Assembly (NCBI RefSeq): GCF_964355755.1
Contig: NC_092671.1
Span: 36,528,304-36,592,303 of the forward strand
Reading direction: 5' to 3'
Source: Antedon mediterranea
Taxonomy: Eukaryota > Animalia > Echinodermata
Length of the DNA stretch: 64,000 bases
The notes below the pieces were generated by a model. The model did no database searches. It saw only the letters and a program-made list of their open reading frames with translations, and was not told where the DNA came from. Positions 12,201-23,154 of the stretch are shown here, one piece after another. A program made the position numbers and the translations under genes. Position 1 is the stretch's first letter, and every line of letters begins with the position of its first letter.

Positions 12201-15200
12201 TTACCTGAAAAACATCAATAAATAAGGGAACAGCCTTGCTGAATCGCTTCACTAACTTCTGTCGTACCTCAGTATGAGTTGTCTTAAATAAAATAAAATT
12301 AAAACTTTAAACGTCAAGCTAAAAATAACATTTATAGTTTTAGATATCATAGTAGTAGGCAAAGTATATGTCTTGAGGGTTAAGGAAATCACTAACAGCA
12401 TTTATTTTAAGTTCACTTTTAATGGCCAGCATTTTGTTTTTCAAAATGGCTGCCATAAAGTACAGATTTTTGCTAATTTCTTAGCTCCTATACATAATGA
12501 AGCCATGGTTTTCGAAAAGTATATTTTGTTATGGTTACAGAATATAAATTCAGCATTCTCAAAGACTTAAAATTAGAAAGAAACATGAATATTAATGAAT
12601 TAAGTAAACTTTAAAGAAATGTTGTATTGAAAAGTGCCAATAAATCGGAATCATGGAAGCAAAGACAGAGATGTCGGGAGGAATATCCAATCATTGATTG
12701 ATTACTGATATCTAACTTACAACTTACTAAAACTTATAACTTACATTCAGTTGATGCTCTATATTTGTCCATATAATGACCATCACTTCCAGTAGGCCGT
12801 CTATGATGTCTTTATCAGCAAGGGTCAACACTTCTCCATCGTTCTCTTTCTCAACTTCATCTTCTGAATCAGAACTGTTCAATGACCTTTGTACACATCC
12901 AAAGACACACTGGCCAATCAGCAGAATGAACTTAGCTGTAAAGATGGTTTATTTTAGCATTATTTAACTGCAAGTTCAATTTGTACTTTTATTTAACAGT
13001 AACAGCACTACAAGCACTCAACAGGTAGCTATGGGCCATAGACCAAAACAAGGTTTATTTTAGCATTATTTAACTGCAAGTTCAATTTGTACTTTTATTT
13101 AACAGTAACAGCACTACACACACTCAAAAGGCAGCTATGGGCCATGATACCTCTAAAACATGCATTACAAGCACTCAAAAGAAAGCTATGGGCCATAATA
13201 GATCTAACACAAGCATGGATTTTCTTTATTTAATACAAGCTACAAGAGTAAGTATGAAAGTATAAAACATTGTGTCAGAATTCATTATTTAGTTAAGCTC
13301 TGTCTTCACTATCATGTGGCAACAAAATGTGATTTGCCCATGGACATGATGATGTCATATCACTACCATATTTGGACAATATATCACTACTATATTTGGG
13401 CACATCACACTTTTTTGTCAAACTAATTTGATAGTGTAGACAAAGCTTTACATTAGTTGAAAACAATTGGCCAGACATACCTGAATCAGCTGGTGACATG
13501 TGCTTTTGAGCATATCTGTAGAAAACTCTAGCAGCAGCAGGATTAGCCTGTACAAGAGCAATGCATCTGGTCAACTGGACCTCTCCAGCTTTGTCTAACG
13601 GCTGGAAAGAGTTGAAGAGAAGTTGCACGAGGCGTCTGACAATCGGAGCCGAATCCAATTCTAAACGCACCAGCAAATGTTCCACTGGGACTATTTCATT
13701 CACCTATCAAAAAAAAAATTATACATACCATACCTGTACCAAACAATATTGACTGTTAAGCTCTGTCTACACTATCAAACTAGTTTGACAAAAAAAATGT
13801 GCCCAAATATGGTAGTGGTATGCCAAAATATGGTACAGATATGACATCATTATGTCCATATATTGATAGTGTAGATATATTGTTTGATCCTGCCACATAA
13901 TGTTTGATAGTGTAGATAGAGCTTTAAATTTCATTTATTGTCATGCGTAAAAAATAGCTTTAAAAAAAAACTAACCTTAATGTCACGAACACCCTTGACT
14001 TTGAGTATAAGATCGATGAAAGTAATGCGCACTTTCTCTGACGTATCGTGAATTAAAACACCTATCTGAGGCAGGAGACGCTTCATTAGGACATGGCTCA
14101 AACGGTTATCAAGAACGGAGGTCAAGCCCTGCAAAGAGACAGTAGTACTTGAAATTTTGATACGAATTGAAAACTAAAACATTTACTCTATTAAAAGTTT
14201 TTTATTTACTTTTATTATTAATAGACATATATATATATACATAAATCAAAGAGCTGCATAGGCAGGATATAGAAAAAAATCAAGATCAAATAAGTTAAAA
14301 CTGCCTCAATATAGGTTATATATATATATTTATATATATAAATCATACTGTAAATTATAGAAACAGTGCTCATATTCGGAACATGATCTCATAATCGCGT
14401 CGAGCATAGCTCATTGGCGAAAGTTCCGTATTTTTTAGTTGTATGAAAAAATGTCTCTGGCTGGATTCGAACCTGCAACCTCTCGCTTACAGGGCGAGTA
14501 TCATACCACTGTTTCTATAATTTACAGTATGATTTATATATAATTTACACAGTGCTACGCAACATTGATTTATATTTATATATATATATATACAGGCAGC
14601 CCAGGGCCTTGTGGGTCACATGGCGTGTCTGTCCCATATTATGTCTTATCGAACGGTCATTCAATAGTACTTTAATTGTGCAATCAAACCTTGTAAACAG
14701 CAGCTCTGACATCGGTAGAAGATACATCTCTAGCAAGATCCTGAACCAGCTTAGTAAGAAGATCTTCAGATGTTTTAAGAGGAATCAACTCCCAGAAAAC
14801 GCTAATAATACGACAGATTCCAATGACACACGTGGTACGAACAACTACACACGGGTCATAAAGCAATTCCTGAGGCAAAAAACAATCATTGAATAAAGCA
14901 CATGAATTGTTTTAAAATGACGATAATGTTATACGATACATGAGCTGGATCTGGGTTTGTGATAGCATTCACAAAGGAAGCTACAGACATAACTAGCCAT
15001 TGAAAGTGTCTTTCTACTCACAGATAATATGTCAAACTGTTTTTGAAGCAAAATATCTCTTTCTTCATTTGTATGCTCTGGGTCCAGCAGCGGGAAAGTG
15101 TCCACTAATATAGCGATTGAATTTGCGCGTACCGTTCCATTTGCAACCTGACAAGTACAAATTCATGATTTCATATTTCACGGAAGCTACAGCTGACGAG

Positions 15201-18200
15201 TATAAGTCAGCTTAGATTCATGTCATTTGATGCTTAATAACAAGCCAGTTTTTCTAATTTCTTTTCTTTTATGTAAGGAAAATGCATGCTTATCTATTTA
15301 TCATTGGTCGTTTTTGTCCTAGTGTAAATGGGCCTTAAATCCGTCTTCTATGCTTATTACCAAACAAGCTGAATAATATGGCTACTTACTTTGAGGGAAC
15401 GCCATAGAATAGGGTTGTAGAGATTCAATAACATCTTATCCACTCCCTGATGAACTTTTTGTTTATGAAAACATCCAAGTATCTAGAAGAAAAACATCTA
15501 TATTTATACGCATCTCTCTATGCTGACTAACTTTTGAGATGCGATTACATTGGAGTTGCCTCTCCAGTTAATAATATAATCTCTTTGAGTTGCCTCTCTA
15601 GTTCATTGTGTTTTTGGGTTTCCTCTCTAGTTCATTATATAACCTCATTGGGTTGCCTTTCTAGTTCACTATAAATATAATAAGCAATTTATGTATACAT
15701 ATTTTTTTCATTTACCAATATCGGTATTTATTTCATTTATAATTATCATGAAACTATTGAAATATAATGTAAATAATTTTTATAAAGAAGATGTTAGTTA
15801 TGTTATTATACTGTAATTTTTTATCCTAAATTATATAATTATATATTCTAGGTTTATTTTTATTTTTTTAGTAATGTGTTTTGTTGTGGGTCCCTACGAG
15901 ACAAGTTTTTAACTTCTAGAAGGGATCCATGATAATAATGACTACCAATTACTGCTTTATCTATGTTCACTTTAATATCTTTTTTCTATTTTGTATATAT
16001 TCATTCATTATTATCTAAAAAAATATTATCTGAATTATCTGAATGAATAATCTCTTTGGGTTGCCTCTCTAGTTAATTATATAATCTCTTTGGGTTGCCT
16101 CTCTAGTTAATAATATAACCTCTTTGGGTTGCCTCTCTAGTTCATTATATAATATCTTTGGTTTGCCTCTCTAGTTAATAATATAACCTCTTTGGGTTGC
16201 CTCTCTAGTTCATTATATAATATCTTTGGGTTGCCTCTCTAGTTAATAATATAACCTCTTTGGGTTGCCTCTCTAGTTCATTATATAATATGTTTTGGTT
16301 GCCTCTCTAGGTCATTATATAATCTCTTTGAGTTGCCTCTCTAGTTCATTATGTCTTTGGGTTGCCTCCCTAGTTCATTATATAATCTCTTTGAGTTGCC
16401 TCTCTAGTTCATTATATAATCTCTTTGAGTTGCCTCTCTAGGTCATTATATAATCTCTTTGAGTTGCCTCTCCAGTTCATTATAATCTTTTTGGGTTGCC
16501 TCCCTAGTTTATTATATAATCTCTTGGGGTTGCCTATATAGTTCATTATATAATCTCTTTGAGTTGCCTCTCTAGTTCATTATATAATCTCTTTGGGTTA
16601 CATACTTTTCTTAGTGTACTTGACATAGACCGTGTCCCTTCCCTGGATGCGTGCACAGCATGATGCATCAGGTCTTGAATACAATGTTGCTCAATTTTGT
16701 CAATGTAAGGCCCAGTAGCCAACTTCCATGCCTTGAAATACACATTGCCGTACCATTCAACCATTGGCCTAATAGAATACAGTAGTACATTTTGATGTTT
16801 AATTTACCTACCACATGTATCATTGTAATTTTTTCAGTAATTTGCCTTTGGGTCAATAGGGATATCGTTTAATTTGCGACGACCATCTTCGATTGAACTG
16901 ACCTCGGTCGTCAACCTAGAAACCATCAAAACTGTGCTAAGGTGGGGAGTGAAGAAACACGTCCCAATATCCCCTCACACACAGTGAATGACATAACTTG
17001 GTCATTGGTCGTCAGAAATCGACAAACTCCCTATTACCTTAGAAACATTAATTGCGCTATATAAGATTACCATTATTATTATTATGTTTCCTATACATAC
17101 TTTGGACAGGCTGGAACTTGGTTTTTGATAACCTTGTGAAGCTGTTCAATAAACTCCAAATTAAGCCCGAACAAATAGCTTAAGAATCTCTGACCCTACA
17201 AATACAAAACATTTTTAATTCATTCATCCATTCAAACGCTAAAGCTCTGTCTACACTATCAAACAAAGTATGCTGTGCCCAAATATGGTAGTGAAATGTC
17301 CAAATATGGTAGTGATATGACATCATCATGTCCATATATGGACACATCACATTTTTTTGTCACATAAAGTTTGATAGTGAAGACAGAACTTTATAGTAAT
17401 GTGTGTATTAGGATGAAACCAAAATTTTTTTTATTTTATTTTATTTTATTTTTAAAACCAGAAACAACAGCAGAAACAAATCCGCCACTTACAGCTTGGT
17501 TTAACAGATACAAAACAATTACAACAACTCAGAAACACTTAAATTACGACGAAACCGATAAAGATTGGAATTAAAAATGTCAATATGGGGATGGGCCTGG
17601 ACTAAACTATTATAATATAAACTTAATCTACTGATGTAACCACTTTTGAGAACATTGACTCTACAAAAGGGAACACAAAGGATACTATTGTTTCTTAAAT
17701 TACGGGCGGGAACACGAATACCGAAATAGGAGATAAAGTTGCAGTCAAAAATAGAATGAAGACATTTAAAAAGAAAAATAAGATCACTATGCTATGCTAT
17801 GCTATGCTATAATTTTGTACAATTGACAATAACATTTACTTCGTCGGGTTTTAGGAAAGTTGGACTTATAACACATCGTAGCAACAAGTTCTTTATGGTG
17901 GTACTGCTCTCGTCTGCATAGTCAATTTGAAGTAGGCTGGCACGTAAGGAATACACACGTTTTACGTCAGCAAGCTTAAATGAAAACACAAAATTTAGAG
18001 AGATTAATATTTTTCTTGTAAATCTGCCAGTTGCAAAATGAGGCAATGAAATAGGAACGAAGCAACATAAAATTTGTTGCAAAAGTATCAAATGTATACT
18101 GTATATCTTTTATATATTTTTTATATACTTTTATTGAAAAAACAGCACACTTGTACCAAATGGATAATTGCAGGTTACAATTACCGAAAAATGTTACATT

Positions 18201-20354
18201 AAAAATAAAAAACCATTATTGAAAACATTTATAGCCATTGAAAGTATCATTATACTGTGTGTGTAAGAGTGCAAAAATTGACATTTCACTATATTGGAAT
18301 ACGGTAATTAAATAATTATACTTACAGATGCATCTGGCTGAAGACTTTTAACAAGGAAGAACATGATTGTGTTGGCAACTAGAGCTTCTCTTCCTTCTAG
18401 TTCTTTTATCCACCTAATCAAAAAACATAAACTTAAAATGCTTTAGACACTCCTATTCATTAGAAATTCCTATTAAGGGAACACTTTTACAAGAAACAAA
18501 CCAGGGGATATATTTTTATTTTTTATTTATTCAACTTTATTCAACAAGGATCGGGACCAACAGGTGGTAAACACCTCTAAAAGCTGTCCAGTCCCAATTG
18601 CACAGTGGCTGTGTGTGACAATGGCTGTGTTTGTGTGGACTAGTACACCGGGGTAGCCCCCCTACTCGTCTCGAAAGATGTACTAGGTTCTTTAAAGTGC
18701 ACATGAGCTATGTGTACACTGGACCTACAGTTTATAGTCCTTATCCGAGAAGACTTGTTCTACCACTCGAACCCTTGCCAATGTTATGGCTGCGTAATTA
18801 CGGTTCCACTGTCTTAAACGCTTGGCCACTTACTCACTCAATATACATAACACAACAGTCAACTCCAACTCATAGACCACCTCTAAATTCTACTGTTCAG
18901 TAATATTAAAGCAAATAGAAAATCAACAGTGTAATGGATTTGCATACTCTACTGAAATGTACATACCAAGTTTGACAAACTTTAGCGATGCTGGCTTGAA
19001 GGCTGATAGCCTTTTCTGGGAAATCGAGTAAAAGCTCTGCAAAAAACACAGATTAAATAAAAAATATATAAAGTATATTGCCCAATTGCAAAAGCACAAC
19101 CGTAGGCTAATAAACATAGGATTATTATAGATTTATTGCCTTGGAAATATAATGTTTAACTGTTTTAAACATTGTAAATGTATACATACCATGTAGAGCT
19201 GTAATCGTTTGTAACATTTTATCTGGAATGATAATATTAGCTTGGTCCAAGACACAATCGGTAATTGTTAAAATATCCTGCAAACAGTGGAAAAGTATCT
19301 GAAGCTCTTCATCATCCTACAAAGAAATTTAATTTCATTTATTTATTTGACCAAAAGAAACAACAATAAAATCAGGTCAGGAAAAACATAAGTGACCTAG
19401 GCCACTATGACTCAATGAGTTAGTAATTCGTTCATACAAAATAAAAATATATAAATTGGTAATTATGAAAATCACCATTTACAATAAAAGTTTAACACAG
19501 GGCTGTAGCCATCAGTGGCATAACAGCTACGACAGCTCACTGACTAAATCAGAGGCCCTGAAGTTTATAGGGGCCCCTATAATTAAAATAATGTCGAAAA
19601 GGCTGAAAATGCCCAAAGCCTTAAGCGTTGGAGGTCCATATAGCGTCCTTAAACCAGGGGCCTCAGGCCTCTAAGTTACACCACTGCCACCAGTACAGTT
19701 GGTAAGGTTTCAACCTGACCACTTTTTCACAGAGAGGCCTTTGACAACCCTGTGGTCAGCACATAGGTTGTTCCCTTTTCTTGTTACCACCTCACCACTT
19801 TACTTCTCATGGCTACAGCACTGTAACATGTTTGAAATCACAAATACAATGGCTTCGCTAACATGAAAAATGTGTATTGTTGTGTGGGAGGTAGAGGTGG
19901 ACTTACAGCATTTTGCATGAAGGGTGTTTTTGTAAGCAATTGTATCATCAAGTTATATAGTCCGTCCCACATCTGTTCTTGCTTCTTTTTTGTATACACA
20001 GGAAGAACTTCTCTTAGGTTAAAGTCGTCATTTTTTTTATTCTAAAAAACAAAACAAAAACACTTTATTAATAATTGCATTGTGATTCCAAACTGGCACT
20101 ATCTATTTGTTGTATTTTTAATTTCATCATCACTGTCATCATTTTTTTATTCTAAAAAAAACAAGAACTTTAACAATATTTGTATTGTGAATCCAAACTG
20201 GCACTATCAATTCATTGTATTTTTAGTTCCATATCTAACATCACTGTCATCATCTATGTTTTCTAAATGTTATACTCACATGTTTGGATATTAGATTATG
20301 CAGTTTTTTGGGGTCAGTCCCGTTACAAGCATCAATAAAGCTTTCTATCATCAT
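3232..20354 (-). CDS. NCAPG2: Condensin II complex subunit G2 (HEAT-repeat kleisin-binding subunit), about 28 coding exons
   Basis: GT-AG exons join in phase where checked. ATG at 20354 (MMIESFIDACNGTDPKKLH), then exons near 19907-20041, 19190-19316, 18966-19037, 18326-18413, 17840-17974 (LLQIDYADESSTTIKNLLLRC), 17101-17195, 16606-16768 (YFKAWKLATG..CIQDLMHH), 15391-15483 (LYNPILWRSLK), 15022-15148, 14691-14869, 13975-14128 (HDTSEKVR), 13481-13703 (EHLLVRLELDS..RRLV.LLFNSF) and further exons down to the last at 3232-3298 (TGA at 3232-3234, AATAAA just after). The peptides match remembered vertebrate NCAPG2 in order. Confidence 0.95.
4649..4822. mobile_element. Harbinger-type MITE family 2 (other copies at ~33364-33435, ~35250-35440 and 59417-59527)
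   Basis: TIR AGCTTGGTTCCCACTAG with internal ACGCAA repeats. The 59417 copy has a TAA/TAA duplication. Confidence 0.8.
7467..7871. mobile_element. Non-autonomous TIR element with a 3-bp AAT target duplication
   Basis: Termini AGAGACTTTACGAAAC and GTTTCGAAAAAGTCCCT, flanked by AAT on both sides. Similar AGGGA termini at ~2628 and 16858-17032. Confidence 0.6.
7922..8204 (-). mobile_element. tRNA-derived SINE with Deu/Nin-like central domain (second copy at ~18525-18835)
   Basis: Minus strand has a B box GGTTCGAG, then GTCTTCTCGGATAAGGACTATAAACCGTAGGTCC...TTTAAAGAACC...TTTCGAGACGAGTAGGGG, resembling the remembered Deu/Nin domain. The two copies are nearly identical in the core. Confidence 0.7.
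9063..9364 (+). mobile_element. tRNA-derived CORE-like SINE with L2-type tail (fragments at ~5830-5925, ~10550-10710, ~17055, ~46560 and ~57020)
   Basis: tRNA-like head, then TCCTTAGGCAAGACACTTTAC...TGCCTCTCTCCACCCAGGTGTATAAAATGGG (MIR/CORE-like), ending in GCGCTATATAAGAATGAAC(TAT)n. Confidence 0.7.
10856..11728. mobile_element. Foldback/MULE-like element with long modular TIRs (short relative at ~8720-8820)
   Basis: ~170-bp inverted arms built from 16-bp CAAGTCAACTCGGCCT repeats. A 9-bp direct repeat CATTGATAC lies at 10847-10855 and 11729-11737. Confidence 0.8.
14333..14542. mobile_element. TA-embedded inverted-repeat element containing a partial tRNA-like sequence
   Basis: Perfect ~36-bp inverted repeats (14333-14368 and 14507-14542). 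The minus-strand interior has a B box GGTTCGAATCC followed by a T6 run. Confidence 0.65.
16047..16598. repeat. Minisatellite with a ~34-bp unit, about 16 copies (about 4 more degenerate units at ~15553-15672)
   Basis: Unit ATAATCTCTTTGGGTTGCCTCTCTAGTTCATTAT repeated head to tail with no spacers. Confidence 0.92.
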
Positions 20355-21099
20355 ATTTTTCTAAGTAAACAAAAACAAACTGAATGATTTAACATTTAAC
20401 ACCACTTAGTTACATTGGAATATGTACTGGTAACAAATATAATAAACATAAAGCACAAATTCAACATATTTTGAATTTTCGACACCTGATAATGAAGACA
20501 TGTAATATAGTTACAATACAAGTCAAAAGTTTTGTGCTGTGTAAGTTTGTTTAAAACACTTATATTATAACTTCTTATAGTTGGAAGTGATTATTAGTAT
20601 CGGCTCTTATTATAGTTATTAAGGAGTATTGTCGACTGTAGAAAACAATGCAATTGCTGAAAATGAAATGAGGATTATTAATAATCAATATTATAGATCA
20701 TAATCATGGTAGTTGACTTTTTCACACAGCAGTCGGTCATGCCAATCAATAGCCACCAGTTACAGTACTTATCTAGGCTAGGCCTCTCTCTCTCTCTCTA
20801 GGCTAAGCTAGCTTAGACCTAGTTTGGAGTTAGCCTACCTACTACTAGGCCTAGGCCTAGTCTTGAGCCTGGCCCTAGCTAGGCGCTGCGCTAGTCTATC
20901 AATCATTTGTTTACCCAGCCTAGCCTAGCTAGCCTACTAACTAAGGCTAGGCCTAGGCTAGTCTAACTAGGCCTACTTAATTTATTTATCTAGATAAGTC
21001 TAGGCCTATGCCTAGATGAAAATGTATTTCTTCAATTTATCTAAATCGTGTTTTGAATATGCTTGTAAATACTGTACAGTACTATAGTATTTTTTAGTT

Positions 21100-21330
21100 T
21101 TTCTATCTTAATTTATATTCGCCGCAGTGTGTGTTGTTTTACTATCAAAATTTCGCGCGAATATGGTTAACTGTAATAGAGGGCAGGCTTCAATTTTAAA
21201 AACCATAATATTTATGGTTCGACACGGTTAGGTAAGCAAGCGATCATTTGCTGATTCGTTATTACAAAAAATCAAAGACCTACTACACATTATCAGTATC
21301 GTTGCTAAAATAGTAAATATTCAACAGGCA
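21100..21330. promoter_or_regulatory. Bidirectional promoter region between NCAPG2 and DNPEP with an E2F consensus site
   Basis: The two start codons (20354 minus, 21344 plus) diverge about 1 kb apart. TTTCGCGC(GAA) at 21151-21161 matches the E2F consensus TTTSSCGC and is near-palindromic. A likely non-coding exon donor GTAAGC lies at ~21232. Confidence 0.55.
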
Positions 21331-21343
21331 GGGGTGAAATTTA

Positions 21344-22084
21344 ATGTCAGATTTTTTGTTGGTAAGTCTTCAGAATCACAGATTAAATAAAGTTAAATTT
21401 ATTACTAATATGAGCAAGAAATGGACCCCACGATTTTTGGACCATTGGTTGACAAATCCCGAACTGAATACATGGCTAGAGAGAGTTCCTGGAAATGAAC
21501 AGAAAGCAATTTGTCGAGTCTGCAAACAGCAACTTCGTGCCCATCATGAACATCTGATGCGACATGCAAAAACAAAAAAACACATTGAGGCTGAATCTTC
21601 AAATAATGGTGGACAATTTCAAAAGCCGTCTTTTTCATTTCCAGTTCCTACATTTAACACTGAAACTTATCAATGGCCTGATAATAGATCATATAATATT
21701 GATAGATCGATGATTCATGTCCATGATGATGCTGGACTGCAACAACAACAAAGCCAACAACAAAGTGCACCGAACATCAACAGTTATACCATTAATAATG
21801 ATGAGTTCCATGAAAATGAAAGGATAAAAACTGAAGTATTCGAAAACAATATTCATATTGTTGAAAACAATAGACCGTTAGTTGATGATGATGTGCAGAA
21901 CAGACGTAATGATGATAATGTTGGTGTATATACATTTGAAGAGCTGTTTGTTAGTTGTTTTTTTAATTTGCTTGTCGTTAAAATTGTTAAAAAAGTAAAT
22001 GCATGTAATTGTGGAATCTACAGTCACCCTCATTTAGGCATGTTTAAGTTCATTATGCACAGATTGGTTGAGAGGTGCAAATAA
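21344..22084 (+). CDS. Zinc-finger ORF/exon (C-x2-C-x13-H-x5-H preceded by F..W...W, BED/TTF-like) with a Q/N/D-rich tail, in the 5' part of the DNPEP gene
   Basis: 246-codon ORF containing RFLDHWLTNPELNTWLERVPGNEQKAICRVCKQQLRAHHEHLMRHAKTKKH. Protein-like composition lasts to about codon 202, where a GTTAGT donor (21950) occurs. No transposase catalytic domain or TIRs are visible. Confidence 0.75.
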   Translation: MSDFLLVSLQNHRLNKVKFITNMSKKWTPRFLDHWLTNPELNTWLERVPGNEQKAICRVCKQQLRAHHEHLMRHAKTKKHIEAESSNNGGQFQKPSFSFPVPTFNTETYQWPDNRSYNIDRSMIHVHDDAGLQQQQSQQQSAPNINSYTINNDEFHENERIKTEVFENNIHIVENNRPLVDDDVQNRRNDDNVGVYTFEELFVSCFFNLLVVKIVKKVNACNCGIYSHPHLGMFKFIMHRLVERCK

Positions 22085-23154
22085 TTAAATGTGCAAATAA
22101 TTAAATATGCAACTTAAGCGTAATCAAATTGCCATTTATATTCACCACAAATAGTTAATACCTGTAAGTTATTGCTCAGTTCCCATGTAAAAAATATAAG
22201 CTTTTGTCGGCCTACCGTATGGATGCATGTAGTGGATGACATGGATTGCGAAATCAACCTATAACTATAGGAATAGTGGTTATATATAAAAGTAATTATT
22301 CATACATTTTTTTTGTAAAATGCGCAGATGCCAAGCCCAAGTCGAGATGCCTGTACATACATACATACATACATAGTTGCGGCATCGTGTTTGTGATTTA
22401 TAAACTTGAGGTGGTCACGATACCTATAGGCAAAAATTGACTTTGCCGATACAGTACTTGAAACAACCAAAAATATATCAATCAATAATTTCATTATTTG
22501 GCATAAAAGAAATCTAAGAATTCCTCCAATTGCTGATTATATCTCTCAACTTGGCATCTCAGTGTAGAATGAATCTTGTTTAAGTTGTCTTTATTAACTC
22601 ATTTGCAAGAATAGCATGTGTTTGCTCTAGTGGTGTTGTCTAGTATTCTCACCTTCTCACATTGTATTGTTCATTGAAATAATTTAGATTTATCACATAT
22701 ACTACATGGCATGGGAACTAAACCAACTAGTCCGTTTTAAACCTGTGTGGTGCATCCTACTAGGATGTTTTATATACTAGTTTTACTACCGTAATTGTAA
22801 AGTAAGCTCTGTCTACACTATCAAAATTTATGTGACACAAAAATGTGTGGCATTATGATATCATATAACTGCCATATTTGAACGTATCACTACCATATTT
22901 GGGTGCATCACATTTATTTTTTCAAACTAGTTTGATAGTGTAGACAAGAGTTTTAAGGTTTGCAGATCACCAAGGAACATTGAGTCAACTCCTGAAGATG
23001 GTTGTAGCATTACATAAAACATTAAGGCATTTTTTAATTTACTTTCATTTTGAAATAACATGGTGTACAGTACTACAACCCCCAAATTACAAGTGTTAAC
23101 TTCCGTGCAAACCTTTTAAATATGAATTAACTATTTACTCGCTTTCTATTCTAG

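Noticed and set aside
16047-16598. 34-bp repeat array as a CRISPR array
   Set aside because: Units are contiguous with no unique spacers, there are no cas genes, and it lies in a eukaryotic intron.
19498-19823. Nested hAT-type MITEs (CAGGGCTGTAGCCA outer, CAGTGGCATAAC inner)
   Set aside because: Termini are suggestive but no matching 8-bp target duplications were found, so they are not reported as features.
21344-22084. Autonomous hAT transposase
   Set aside because: Only a zinc finger is present. No DDE or dimerisation domain, TIRs or TSD are visible.
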